A stretch of 64,000 bases of DNA, taken from NCBI GenBank assembly GCA_951406725.2, contig OX597826.1:45880001-45944000 (forward strand). Direction: 5' to 3'. The position numbers were made by a program, and so were the translations under genes. Below the pieces are notes generated by a model, which worked only from the letters and a program-made list of their open reading frames with translations, searched no databases and was not told where the DNA came from. This DNA is from Octopus vulgaris (taxonomy: Eukaryota). Positions within the stretch are counted from its first letter, which is position 1. Each line of letters starts with the position of its first letter. Shown one piece after another: positions 13,163-27,130 of the stretch.

Positions 13163-13555
13163 ACACACGCATACATACACGCACACATATAGTTTTTTTT
13201 ATATATATTTGGTATCGGATGAATGTAAGTTCGTCCTTTAATTGGAATTATTTCCATAGATTTCTAATGTCTTTTCTCCATACATTACTTGTGAATTTTC
13301 TTATATATAAATTCGTATAGGTATGAAAGCTTGTATAGAAATAATCGGTGTATGATTTAACTTATTAAGCAAAGTTCAACAAATTCATTCATATTTATGT
13401 AATGGAGGAGATTAGATGCTAAAATGGTTTATAGTTTTTATTTTTCATGTTGCTATACAATTTGTTTCGTATAAAAAGACTTAGATATTCATAAAGAGAA
13501 AATCGTAACATTCATATTTATATTTGTCAGTAGCTGATATAAAAACTGAAAAGAC

Positions 13556-14224
13556 GTTTGAAGTACATAGACTTTCTCTTAGCTATCATTTTGGGATTAG
13601 TAAATTTGTTCTTACAGTCATGTATATTTGAATCAAGACTTAAAACATATAGATTAAGTGGGTACTAATATCAGTAATATTAAAAATCAACATTCTCTCT
13701 ATATTATATATATTAGTACCCTCTTAATATATATGTTTTTTAGTCTTGACTCAAATAGACATGATGGAAGCACTCCGTCTGTTACGACGATGAGAGTTCC
13801 GGTTGATCCGAATCAACGGAACAGCCTGCTCGTGAAATTAACGTGTAAGTGACTGAGCACTCCACAGACACGTGTACCCTTACCGTAGTTCTCGGGGATA
13901 TTCAGCGTAACACAGAGAGTGACAAGGCCGACCCTTTGAAACACCGGTACAACAGAAACAGGAAGTAAGAGTGAGAGAAAGTTGTGGTGAAAGAGTACAG
14001 CAGGGATCACCACCATCCCCTGCCGGACCCTCGTGGAGCTTTAGGTGTTTTCGCTCAATAAACACTCACAACGCCCGGTCTAGGAATCGAAACCACGATC
14101 CTGTGACCGCGAGTCCGCTGCCCTAACTACTGGGCCATTGCGCCTCCACCAAATAGACATGACCGCAAGAACGAATATACTAATCCCAAAATGATAGCTA
14201 AGAGAAAGTCTATGTACTTCAAAC
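13556..14224. mobile_element. Older fold-back element interrupted by an S3 SINE
   Basis: gtttgaagtacatagactttctcttagctatcattttgggattag (13556) is the reverse complement of the sequence ending at 14224. Inner arms meet at ~13680-13705. Confidence 0.8.
13765..14149 (-). mobile_element. tRNA-derived SINE family S3 with 13-bp TSD
   Basis: Head ggaggcgcaatggcccagtagttagggcagcggactcgcgg; TSD caaatagacatga at 13752-13764 and 14150-14162. Confidence 0.92.
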
Positions 14225-14612
14225 TTCTGGTCGTGGTTTCGATTCCTGAACTAAGCACCAATTTGCCTCTCCAAGCAAGCTAGGTGTTCAACAAGCTGCA
14301 AACGAGGTATGTTTTATTTAAAAGCCGAAAAAGAATAAGAAACACTTAAGCTACTATACTTTAGATACTTCAGTTATGTACACACTCTTAGACACACTAG
14401 AATTCAGGAACATACAGTAGTAGAGTAATCTCAAGCACTTTTTCTTTCTGCCTCTTTTAGGGTGAGTTGGGTTGCTGGCGGAGCTGAAGGAAGCGGTCTA
14501 CTTAAGTCGTCAAAACCTTATTACATACATCGGTTTGGCAGCTGATGAGAACATGCTATAGCGCATGTAACATGTATGCGTATGCGGCATAATGATAATG
14601 GGCATACATACA

Positions 14613-14672
<60 letters not shown>

Positions 14673-14753
14673 GTATATTCACATATATTCATGTACATGT
14701 ACACGTGTATATATATATATATATATATGCACCATATACACACATCCATCATG

Positions 14754-14808
<55 letters not shown>

Positions 14809-15169
14809 ATATATGTATGTATATATGAATTTGTTTGTAACCCCTATCCTCTCAAGGATATGATATGCACACTTAATCTGTGTGAAGTATTTAACATTGT
14901 TTTTCAATACTTCTCAGTTAACAACTTTTGCAGTTTACCTACCCACATCCCTCTCTTTTTCTCACCATTCTCTCTCTCTCTCTTTCTCTCTCTCTCTTTT
15001 TTTTTTCTCTGCCTTTTTCTTACTCTCACACTCTTACAATTTTCCACTATCCCCACTTTATTTATGTAACAATGTACTGAATTTGGCACTCATTGAAATA
15101 GATAAACATACATGTTGCCCTAAAAACCTCTTTAAACATTTTAAGGCGTTAACACTAATGCAAGTTTTA

Positions 15170-15555
15170 TTATTTGGACTGGTAGAATCGTTAGAACGTC
15201 CAGCAAAATAATTTACAATATTTGTTCCGACTTCTTACATTCTCCTGTTCAAATTCCGCCGAGGTCATCTTTCTGTTTCAGAGTCGATAAAATAAGCAAC
15301 CTTTGAACACTGGGGTCGATGTAATCGACTTACACATTTCCCCGAAATTGCTGGCTTTGTGCCAAAATTTATGACTATTATTTTTTTTCCGACTTCTTAC
15401 ATTCTGTGTTCAAATTTCACCGAGGTCGACTTTGCCTTTCATCTTTTTGGGATCAATAAAACAAGTGCCAATTGAACACTGGAGTCGATTACATCGACTA
15501 GTCACCCCACTCAAAATTTCAAGATCTTACTCATAATAGAAAGAATTATTATTAA

Positions 15556-15628
<73 letters not shown>

Positions 15629-15965
15629 GAGTGAGAGAGTAGTGCAAGGTGGCGGAATCGTTAGCACAGCATGCAAGATGTTTCGTGACATTTCATCTGT
15701 TTTTACGTTCTAAGTTCAAATTCCGCTGATGTCGACTTTACTTTTCATACTTTCGGAGTCGACTGAATAAGTATCAGTTGAACACTGGGGTCTATATTAA
15801 CGACTTGCAGCTACCCACGGATTTTCTGGCCTTCTACTAAAATTTGAAACCAGTCATTTACGCTTTGTGGTACCTATTCTGGTTCTTTTACATTCTGAGT
15901 TCAAACCCTGTCCAGGGTGACATTGCCTTTTTTTTTCTCCTGGGTTTCGTGAAATAAGTACTAGT
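15170..15965 (+). mobile_element. Cluster of four decayed SINE family S2 copies with an (ATT)n tract
   Basis: Repeated gttcaaattccgccgaggtcgactttgcctttcatc...cactggggtcgat core. Confidence 0.8.
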
Positions 15966-16498
15966 GAGTTGCTGCACTAGTGCAGATAGTTAAAGTGGTA
16001 GTCGTGGTGGTAGTAGTGAGCGCCGGCAGTGGCGATGGTGTTAGTGGTGGTGGTCGTGATGGTGGTAGAATTTAGAAAAACAGAAAACCATGCAGTAATA
16101 AACAAACGAAGTAAAATGTTTAATAACTCCATTAAAATTTCTCATTCATATCAAATTACATCTTTTGGATATTTAGGCCATTTCCGGTCAACGTAATTGT
16201 CTTTCACTCTCTTACAGTTACTTGGCTTATGGTTACTTCACTTACAATCACTTGACACTGTTTCATTAGCTTCTCCTCTGCTCATTGAAACTTTCAAAAC
16301 AATTACAAACAGAAATTATTTTTCTTCAATTTTTTTCCCCGTATGAATTCACTTTAATTTCAGTTGTTGTCATCGGCAGCTTCTCTACTGCAGCCATGTT
16401 GCTGTCACCGTCGTCATTTTAGCTGTTGTGAAAAGCCAAAATTAGAGGCATTTAACTATTAATTAAAAAACTGAAATACTTATTTCTTCACTGGTCAA

Positions 16499-16710
16499 AG
16501 CGGCGAGCTGGCAGAAACGTTAGCACGCCGGGCGAAATGCGTAGCCGTATTTCGTCTGCCGTTACGTTCTGAGTTCAAATTCCGCCGAGATCGATTTTGC
16601 CTTTCATCCTTTCGGGGTCGATAAATAAAGTACCAGTTTCGAACTGGGATCGATGTAATCGACTTAATCCCTTTGTCTGTCCTCCCTTGTGGGCAATAAA
16701 GAAATAAGAA
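16499..16710 (+). mobile_element. SINE family S2
   Basis: gcggcgagctggcagaaacgttagcacgccgggcgaaatg...ctgagttcaaattcc, with A/B-box-like motifs. Confidence 0.9.
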
Positions 16711-16729
16711 ACTGTGACGAAGCCCAACA

Positions 16730-16774
<45 letters not shown>

Positions 16775-16777
<3 letters not shown>

Positions 16778-16990
16778 CGTGATCACCGTGACCGACCAGG
16801 CTATCAGAAGTTGCTACACATCGCTGGCCACAATGTGCTTCGCATTGTATTAGCCTTCAAATGACGCCACCCCGCTGGCTAAGCGAGCAGGTCATCAGAA
16901 GAAAGAGTGAGAGAAAGTTGTGTCGAAAGAGTACAACAGGCATCGCCACCACCACTTGCCGGAGCCTCGTGGAGCTTTAGGTGTTTATGG
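16775..16990 (-). mobile_element. S3-variant SINE 3' fragment
   Basis: Matches 62918-63120 (ccgtgaccgaccaggctatcaga...ggagcctcgtggagctttaggtg). Confidence 0.8.
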
Positions 16991-17536
16991 TTAGCCCCTT
17001 GTGTGCAGTAAAGAAATACATTTTAGCTGTTGGGCTCTGGTTGAAATAACCTCGTAACAATCCCACCTATTTATATTCTAAGCTTTACTATAGAGTGTAT
17101 CTGTGGGATTTGACCCTTCACTGCTTCTGTAAGTTAGCTAGATTTACTAGATACGAGACAGTCGCAAAGGTCTGTCACGTTTAATACAGAACCTCGTTGG
17201 GAACAGTAAAAGCAGGACGCCACTGTTTCTGTTTAATGATACCTTCTTCAGAAAAATAGTTATATTTTACAGGCTTTGCAATATAGCATTAAACGCCATT
17301 TTGTTACGCTTATGAATGAAGCAATGACGACTCAGAACCTATGAGTAAACTCCATAATAAAGTTTTGTATGAAAAATAAGTACTGCTGGCATGTCAGTAA
17401 TTTCCGTTATAGAAAAACAGCTGACAATGCGTCTAATATTCAAATCAGTCTCCTTGAGTGAGACATTTAGGCATGGCTGTTTGAACTATGATGAACTGGT
17501 GCAGACGACTGTTAACAAAATACATTTTTTCCAGGT

Positions 17537-17833
17537 AGCAAGTAAAGGATTACTGTACAAGAATCGCCCGAAAACCATCAATGAGCTAAAAGACGCAATC
17601 ATAAGCTTCACACGGTTGATACCGCGTCAGACTCTTCAAGATGTATTTCAAAACGTGTGTAGAAGAGTCGACTGACGTATTGAAAATAAAGGACGACACT
17701 TTCAACACCTCTTATAAAGTTCTTTAGTCTTATAAAGTCTAAAATATTCTTTCGTTGTCTTATACCATCTTATAAAGATTTAAAGATTTATTTTGCAATA
17801 AAATACTACGGTGAGACTTTTTGAACACGCTGT
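17537..17833 (+). mobile_element. Tc1/mariner (rosa/maT-like) transposase 3' fragment plus right TIR
   Basis: KGLLYKNRPKTINELKDAI...IPRQTLQDVFQNVCRRVD*RIENKGRHFQHLL*, ending tttttgaacacgctgTA. Confidence 0.75.
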
Positions 17834-18199
17834 ATAAGTATGGATGCATATTCATGTGTATATCTATGTATATATGGATGTACGTATATATGTATTTACA
17901 GCAAGATATTCACTGAGAATATTCACATCAAAACCCATTTAATACCGTTCAGAAATTGTCTTTGTTAAGCAAAACGTTGATATTTAAATTCAAATTTTAG
18001 ATTTAAATATCATTGTTTCATAAATGATTATTTATGATTTCAATATTTTAAATACTTTTGTCTCTAAATTTAATTAGTTAGTTTACTAAGCGGCTCATAA
18101 TTTTTGGTTATTTGATCAATTAAAACACAAAGAAAGAATATATTTTTGTTAGAAATATTATCACAAAAGTTTTAAGAATATGAGTGATCATGTACAGCT

Positions 18200-19000
18200 T
18201 TCTTTCTTCCTTCCTTCCTTTCTATCTGCGTTTTCTATCTTTTTCCTTATTTCTTTCTTTCTTTTCCTCCTTCTCCTCCTCCTTCATCATCATCATCACC
18301 CTCATCATCATCATCATCATCATCTTCTTCTTCTTCTTCTTCTTCTTCTTCTTCTTCTTCTTCTTCTTCTCCTTCCTCTTCTTCTTCTTCTTCCTTCTTC
18401 TTCCTCCTTCTTCTCATCCTCCTCCTACTCCTCCTCCTTATTCCTCTTCTTTTCCCTCCTCCTCCTCCTTTTTCTTTCTTCATTCTCCTCCACCTCCTCC
18501 TCATTATTCTTCATCTTTCCTCCGTCTTCTGTTTCTTCTTCTTTTCCATTTTCATGATCATCATGATTATCATGATTATCGTCATCATCATCATCATCAT
18601 CTTCTTCTTCTGTTTTCTTCTTCTCCTCCTCCTCCTTCTTTCTTCTTCATGTTTTTCTCCGTCTTCCGTTCCTTCTTCTTCCTTTTCTTCCTTTTCTTCT
18701 TCTTCTTCTTCTTCTTCTTCTTCTTCTTCTTCTTCTTCTTTCCTCCTTTTCTTTTCTTCTTTTCTTTCCTTCAATCTATTTTTTTCTTTGTCCCTTTCCA
18801 TATTCGTTTTCTTCTCTTCCATCTTTTTTTATTCATCATCCTTCCCTTTTTCGTCTTCTTCGTTATCGTCTCCTTCCCTCCTCCTCCACCTCCTCCCCTC
18901 CTCCCCTCCTCCTACTCTTCTTCATCTCTTTCTTTCTACCTTATTTTTCTCCTTCTCCTTCTCCTCTTCCTCATTCTCTTTCGCTTTCCTCTTATCATCA
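18200..19000. repeat. Long pyrimidine-rich compound (CTT/CCT/CAT)n low-complexity tract
   Basis: Directly visible. Confidence 0.95.
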
Positions 19001-19341
19001 CTCATTCACCGACGGAAGATCACTTGCGTGAAACATCGGAATAACGCTTTGCGAAGATCTTACATATTTCAGTTAAAACTCAACGTACGTCTTTGCGTGG
19101 ATATGCGTGTGTGTTTGTGTGCATTTGCATGTGTGTGTGCATTTGCATGTGTGTGTATGCTAAAACCTTTTGTCGATGCAGAACGCTACTTGTTTTCTTT
19201 GGACTCAAAATCTTTATGGAATAAATCATTGACTTTACAAAGTCCCTTGTTCTCTCTCTTACGCACACGCACGCACACACACATACACACACACACACAC
19301 ACACTCACACAGAGGCATTCACACATACAAACACATAGGTA

Positions 19342-19403
<62 letters not shown>

Positions 19404-19405
<2 letters not shown>

Positions 19406-19702
19406 GGAGAAGTGTTTGTGTGGTTTAAAACTTTATATTGTAAATATTATATATATTTTATTGTAATCACCAACGTTTTAAGCTACTACACCCTATATGT
19501 TTGTCTGTATTTGTATGTCCCCTCTATGTAACGCCTCAATGGCGAATCTTTCATGAAATAAAGTAGCTTGCTTACCAACCACATGGTTCAGGTTCAGTTC
19601 CACTGCATGGCACCTTGGGCAAGTGTCTTCTACTATAGCCTCGGGTCAACCAATGCCTTGTGAGTGAATTTGGTAAACGGAAACTGAAAGAAGCCCGTCG
19701 TA

Positions 19703-19742
<40 letters not shown>

Positions 19743-19828
19743 ATTAATCAATATAGGGTGGCAAAAAATTTCGTAGAATTTATTTGCCACCAGCGGCCTA
19801 GTGGGAAAAAATTAAATAGTCATAGACC

Positions 19829-19892
<64 letters not shown>

Positions 19893-20095
19893 GTGTGTAT
19901 ATGTGTTTGTGTGTGTGTGTTTGTCTTCCCAACATTGCTTGACAACTGATGCTGGTTGTGTTTACGTCCCCATAACTTAGCGATTCGGCAAAAGATCCCG
20001 ATAGAATAAGTCCTGGGGTCGATTTGCTCGACCAAAGGCGGTGCTCCAGCATGGCGACAACCACATGACTGAAACAAGTAAAAGAGTAAAAGAGT
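19404..20095 (+). mobile_element. SINE family S1 with insertions in the head (~19425-19560) and in its microsatellite (19738-19832)
   Basis: The head is split as gtgtggt | aagtagcttgc; the rest matches S1. Confidence 0.8.
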
Positions 20096-20098
20096 AAG

Positions 20099-20159
<61 letters not shown>

Positions 20160-20233
20160 GAGGTTGATAAATTGAATATTAATTTAATTAACAACAATTT
20201 AAAACCAGTAGCATAGCATTGCATGTAATACGC

Positions 20234-20265
<32 letters not shown>

Positions 20266-20319
20266 GTGTGTGTGTGTGTGTGTAGATAGATAGATAGATA
20301 GATAGATATACACAGACAC

Positions 20320-20356
<37 letters not shown>

Positions 20357-21092
20357 CATACACGCATACACGCGCACACACACATACACACACATGCACA
20401 CGTACGTATACACGCACATATGTATATGTACATACTATATGTGCGTGCGTATACGCGTTGCATAAATATGACGTTCGTATAGAAAAACAGGAAACCGAAA
20501 TCGCAAAATTACGATGAATATTTTAGAGGCCAAACAAACTGTTTAGTTCTTGAAACCAAACTTAATTAGCTGTTTACCTAGATTAAGTGACATAAACATA
20601 TATCACCGTTTACTATCCTAATTATTTCTCTCTGCAAAACTTGTTTTCATCTCCCTTCTCGTCTTCTACTTTTCCTTTTCCTTGTTTGTTCTTCTATTCC
20701 TTTATTTACTTATTTTTATCGTTTTCATTCTTCCTTCGCTACTCTCCTTATCAACACATATCTCTCGTTCTTGCTTTTTTCCAGTTTCCTTTTTTCGTAT
20801 ATCAATCTTATGTGACTCCTCCATTCAGCTGCTTTCGTTTTTTTTCAGCAACAACATTTATTATACATGCCACATGTGTTTTTGTTAACGGGCTGCTTTT
20901 TATATAATTTACAACTAGTTATAACTCTTTATAATAATTTGCCAATTAATTTAAGACGAATAACAAACATCTCGCAATGATTCATTTACATATAAGGAAC
21001 TGCAAAGAAATATTTGGTGACAAAAAAAAAAATTATGCTTCCTATCATGCCAAAACACTATTGTCATTCTCACCAGTTAAGCCTTGTAGATA

Positions 21093-21347
21093 ATCATCAT
21101 CATCATCATCATCACCATCACCACCATCATCATCATCATCATCATTATCATCATCATTACCATCATCATCATCATCACCATCCTCCTCCTCCTCAACCTC
21201 CTCCTCCTCCTCCTCATCATCATCATCATCATCTTCATCATCATCTTCATCATCATTATCATCATCATTACCATCATCATCACCATCATCATCATCATCA
21301 CCATCATCATCACCATCACCATCACCACCCTCATCATCATCATCATT

Positions 21348-21378
<31 letters not shown>

Positions 21379-21548
21379 CCATCATAATCACCATCACCAT
21401 CATCACCATCATCATCATCATCATCATCTTCATCATCATCATCTTCATCATTATAATCATCATCACCATCATCATCACCATCACCATCATCACCATCATC
21501 ATCACCATCACCATCATCACCATCATCATCACCATCACCATCCTCCTC

Positions 21549-21582
<34 letters not shown>

Positions 21583-21597
21583 ACAACAACAACAACG
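21093..21597. repeat. ~500-bp (CAT/CAC)n trinucleotide array
   Basis: Directly visible; it is the source of the poly-His and poly-Met pseudo-ORFs. Confidence 0.97.
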
Positions 21598-22769
21598 TTG
21601 CTTTTCTTTTAACTCAGATTTTGTTGGAACTCCTGGAGTCTTGCATGCGTAGCAGGGCTTGTTACCGGTGACCTATGGTACCATGTTATCAGTTCCTTTT
21701 AACTATCAAATACTTTCCTGATGATCCTGGCTGTACCAAGGAGGACAAACATTTTGTAACCGTTCTATTGGGCACTCTATTCCCATTTTGCTTTATATCC
21801 CATTTGAATTTTTTTTGTACTATCCCCAAGGGCCCAACAGTAATTGGCATTATGTTCACCTACATTTTCCACAGTCGAGCTATTTCGTGTTTATGAGGCT
21901 TGTATTTTCACCTTCTTTCTTGACTATTCGTGGGTCAAATGGACACGCAACATCAATTACAGAGCACATGTGGTTCACCTTGTCCACCACCACCACTAGT
22001 GCCAGCTTATTGTGCTCAGTCAACTGGTTTGTTTCGATTGTGAAAACCCACAAGATTTTGCAGGTCTCCGAATTCGTCATTCTTTGTGGTTTGTTCTCAT
22101 ACCACGTCTCGCCTCTCTCTAGCCCCTCTCTCTAGACTTTTCGATACCATATGACAAAGGCAAGAAATTCTGTCTTCTCTGCAATTCTGAGCTATTTTTC
22201 ATTATTTTTTCTAAAAATACTCTAGTAAACACGGTTATAGAGCGAGCATACAGATGTAAGCATTGGCAAAAACACATTTAGTGCATATAAGTAGTCTCTA
22301 TCATTATATATAATTTAAACTTTAATTTCCTTTATATTTAACATTCACTATTAATATCCCTACTCTTTCTGTTAGCTACTTATGACGTTATATCATATAA
22401 CGTTTTTTTAAACAATATTAATAGCGTTCTGTCTATCGCTATACAAATCCATCATTTTTTGCTAAAATGTCGTATTGACGAGTTTCGTTTTTTTCACTTT
22501 CCCGAAGAGAAGATTGCATTGTTTATACCATTTATTCTTTTGAATTGTATCAGTGGAATTTTCGAAACATGTGTCGAAAGTAAAAATATTTGTTTACACC
22601 TGCGTTAACTCCATTTTTTATTCATATTATTCAAATATTCAACGTAAACACGAAGTTTCTACCTTTATAAACAAGGAGTTACAACATCTTTACTTGTGAG
22701 ATTTTTGCTGCCCTGGTAACTATTTATTTATTTATCCGTGTTAATTATTAACAAGGTAAAAATACACTC

Positions 22770-22834
<65 letters not shown>

Positions 22835-23320
22835 AATTATAAAAATATAAAATAATACAGTACAGTATTGTTTCTACTTCGCGGATTTTCACCCGTCGCG
22901 GGGTGTTTTGTAACGTAGCACCCACAATAGTCGAGGGGATTACTGTACCGCAGCGGGTTCCTAAGTTCGATATGCACGCAGTCTTCCACACTTATCAGTT
23001 CGCTTCCTCCAGTTTTTCTTTTCATGTATAGGCGATCTGTGTCCTCACGCGGATGATGGACCCTATGCATTTTTAAGGGCTTTCTTGTCTTCCTGTACAA
23101 CACCTTAAGCTCATCCGCTGTCTACTTCAGAATTCTAGCGCCAAACCGAACCACTGCGACTGCGCGAGAGATTATTGCCGAAATTATGTTTCTGGCGTTC
23201 AAACTTTGAATTCAATATTTTTCTCATTTGCAAACGATAATCTCTCTTTGTCTTTTCTTTCATATGCTTAATTCCATTGCTTCAAGTATCCTCATGTATT
23301 TGTATCCGGATTCAGGTTCT
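21597..23320 (-). mobile_element. Decayed R4/Dong-like non-LTR retrotransposon 3' part (RT thumb plus restriction-like endonuclease), interrupted at ~22200-22940
   Basis: YKYMRILEA, RKTRKPLKMHRVHHPREDTDRLYMKRKTGGSELISVEDC, CKILWVFTIETNQLTEHNK...IDVACPFD, LLGTARIIRKVFD. The 3' end abuts the trinucleotide array. Confidence 0.8.
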
Positions 23321-23324
23321 GGCA

Positions 23325-23525
23325 CAAATCGTTAACATGCCGGGCAAAATACTTAGCGGCATGTCGTCTGTCGCTACGCTCTGAGTTCAAATCCCGTCGG
23401 TATCGACTTTGCCTTTCATCCTTTCGAGGTCGATGATAAAGGTGCTAGTCGAATACTGGAGTCGATATAAGCGACTATCCACCTCCCCTCCCCCGATTTC
23501 AGGCCTTGTACCTATAGTAGAGAAG

Positions 23526-23620
<95 letters not shown>

Positions 23621-23639
23621 TATTATTATTATTATTATA

Positions 23640-23693
<54 letters not shown>
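23325..23693 (+). mobile_element. SINE S2 followed by an (ATT)n/(ATC)n tail
   Basis: S2 core match plus microsatellite. Confidence 0.8.
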
Positions 23694-23695
<2 letters not shown>

Positions 23696-23827
23696 ACTGA
23701 ATAGATAAAAGATATGCACTTTACTCTTTGGACAAGGCCTGTACAGAGGCTGTGATTAGATTCCAAGCCTGAGGTAGTGTTAAACCGGAAGACAAATTTA
23801 AGTCAACCACTCATGTATGTGTGTGTG

Positions 23828-23915
<88 letters not shown>

Positions 23916-24156
23916 TAGGCATGTATTTTAATTACTAAAACCTGCAGAAAATATAATAACTATTTTAAGCTTTTTAAAACATATACGTATATGAGTAAAT
24001 CTGCCAACAAAGTTATATAAGCATTAGGTCAATCTGCATTATTTTGTCCACTAACTGCGTCAGGGTACTCTGCATATATTTATGTATGTATGCATGTATG
24101 TATGTATGTATGTATTCATCTGTCTATCTATTTATCTATTCTTCTCTCTCTCTCTC

Positions 24157-24247
<91 letters not shown>

Positions 24248-24250
<3 letters not shown>

Positions 24251-24750
24251 TAAAGAATGAAAAAACCACAGAAGGCTTAAATGTTAAAAAATATATATAT
24301 TTGCGTCAATATGTCTGAAGAATATTAGAAAATTAAAAAAAAAATTTTTCTCTTATAATGACATAATTTAAAAGAAGGACCGGTTTCGCGTGTAGCTTTT
24401 CAAATTTCTTGTGACGTTATGTTTATGTTGAATAGAGTTATCGTTATGTTTATGTTCAGGAGAGTTCTAAATAAGGGAAGGTAGTCTTCCCTTATTTAGA
24501 ACTCTCCTGAACATAAACATAACGATACTCTATTCAACATAAACATAACGTCACAAAAATTTGAAAAGTACACGCAAAGTCTTTCTTAAATTATGTCATT
24601 ATAAGAGAAACAAATTTTTTTTTAATTTTCTAATATTCTTCAGACATATTGACGCAAATTTATATATTTTTTAACATTTAAGCCTTCTGTAGTTTTTTCA
24701 CTCTTTACTTGTTTCTATATATTCACCCACGTGCTTTCACAAACCAACTT
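24248..24750. mobile_element. Fold-back element (arms 24248-24480 / 24486-24710, tail to ~24750) with a degenerate HHR at 24373-24409(-)
   Basis: ~230-bp inverted arms with a 5-nt loop. The minus strand reads TTGAAAA-gc(tacac)gc-GAAA-CCGG-TC. Confidence 0.85.
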
Positions 24751-24799
24751 TATATATATATATATACATGCATACATGATGTATATACATATATGCATA

Positions 24800-24834
<35 letters not shown>

Positions 24835-25982
24835 GAATGCGTGTGTGTGTGTTTGTGTGTGCCTGTGTGTGAACGTGCGTGCGTGCGTGCGTACGTGCGT
24901 GCGTGTATGCGTACGTGTTGCAAGTAATTATAATACTTTGATCCAGAGTTCTGAAGGCCCCAGGCTGGAAACCGCTGCACTAGGATATTCGATTTTGTTT
25001 TTAGTGTCCCATTATGACCATGGCTATGACCGTAACCAATGTACATAGCTTTTACTGGGTCATTTCACTAACTGTAAATAAGTACCATAAGCGTTACTGT
25101 TTGGTAGAATCGTTAGCACGTCCTTGACTCATAAAATTCATTCTGACTACTAGTGTCCCAAGTTCGAATTCCCCGAGGTAACTTGACTCTTTTATCCTTT
25201 TTAGATCGATAAAATGTACCATTCCTGGACGGTAGATTAGTAGAACGGTAAGAATCTTGAATCGGACGCTTTGTCGTATGTGTTCAGGCTCTTTGTGTTC
25301 TGATTTCAAATCTTGCCAAGGCTTACATGGGTAGTAGACTTAATCTGCTGTTTGGTTTAATTCCACCATCTGGCACTTTGAGTGTCCTTAACAGAGTCCA
25401 ATCTGGTAATCATTCATGCCATATCTTCAATTTGAAGATACCTTTTCTTTATTCTTCCTACCAGTTTCAGAGGCCCTTTAAAAGGTTTTGAGTACAGCCT
25501 TGCCACCTGAGTTATAGGAAAAAGGAATACCGAACATTTACCTTAAGTTGCAGGGCCTGGCAATATCAATGAAACGCCGCCACTATGTCCATATTCAGAA
25601 CACATTTTGCCCACGTTTTGCAATCACCATGGACAGCCTTGAAAGAGGATCCTTATATAACCTCTAATCCCAGAATGCTTAGGAGGTTTACAAGTTTAGC
25701 TAACATACACAGATATCATCCACCAATGAAGAATTTTTTTCTTTCTGAGATAACCAGAAATTCCAAGAGAGTATTCAGTAACTGTCTTACTGACCAACAG
25801 ACCTACCATTTTGATAAGCAGAACTATATGTGATACAAACATCACTTAATTTGAATTTATCATTTATTCAGATAAACTTGCTTAAATCCAGATTCAAGTT
25901 CGTATATATAACACACATATATATATATATATATATATATCTATATATACTTGTATTTGTATGTATGTGTATGTATGCGTGA

Positions 25983-26030
<48 letters not shown>

Positions 26031-26185
26031 ATACTTATATGTACTTATACAAAACGACTATTTACTTTGGCTTACATACACACAGACATGCAGACGTTTA
26101 TCTCTTCAAAGTGACATATTTAATTTAAAGCATATTTAATGTAAATATACAGAGCATGTAAGAATGTAATCATGGCTTAAACACA

Positions 26186-26284
<99 letters not shown>

Positions 26285-26661
26285 ACACACATACACCCAT
26301 ACAGTCACACACATACATATATAGATCTTCATAATATATACACATGCTTACATACATACATGCATAACCATATAAATCTCAGGAATTGCATATATTTCAG
26401 TTTATTTACATAAAATTCTGTAGAAATATGTGTGTTTATAAGGGCTATATATAGTTGTTTTCTCTCTGTTTACAGGACTATAATGTACAAGATAGAATCT
26501 TTGATTTTAAATACGAAGCAAATAGAAAATGAGAAAAATAATATATTTTTCTTTTCAAAAATACCGTTATATATACATAATGTATTTTCAGATTATAGTA
26601 ACGTGTCTGCAGACAAATATAAATGTATATTCGTATATACGTATATCTTATGCAAGCACAA

Positions 26662-26708
<47 letters not shown>

Positions 26709-26845
26709 ATACATATATATATAGAAATTATAATTTAGGGTATCTGAGATACCTCCACGCTGGAAATAGCAGCCAAAACTCCAACACTGTATTTATGTAT
26801 GTATGTATGTATGTATGTATGTATGTATGTATGTATGTATGTATG

Positions 26846-26904
<59 letters not shown>

Positions 26905-27096
26905 GAGGATAAGATCGGTTACTTAATTATCGATCTTATCAAGTGGCCAGCATAGGAATAAAAACCTTCAACAGTAATAATTATTATTAAATTCATGATT
27001 TAGGGTATCTAAGAGATACATACATACATACATGCATGCATACATACATACATACATGCATACATACATACATACATGCATACATACATACATACA

Positions 27097-27130
<34 letters not shown>

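Noticed and set aside
14535-14582. CTGATGA followed by a hairpin and AACATGTA
   Set aside because: GAAA is missing and stem I is poor; at most a decayed HHR, too degenerate to call.
21014-21652. 212-aa His-rich ORF (and the poly-Ile, poly-Cys, YI, VC and MYVC ORFs throughout)
   Set aside because: These are translations of microsatellites, with no splice or codon evidence.
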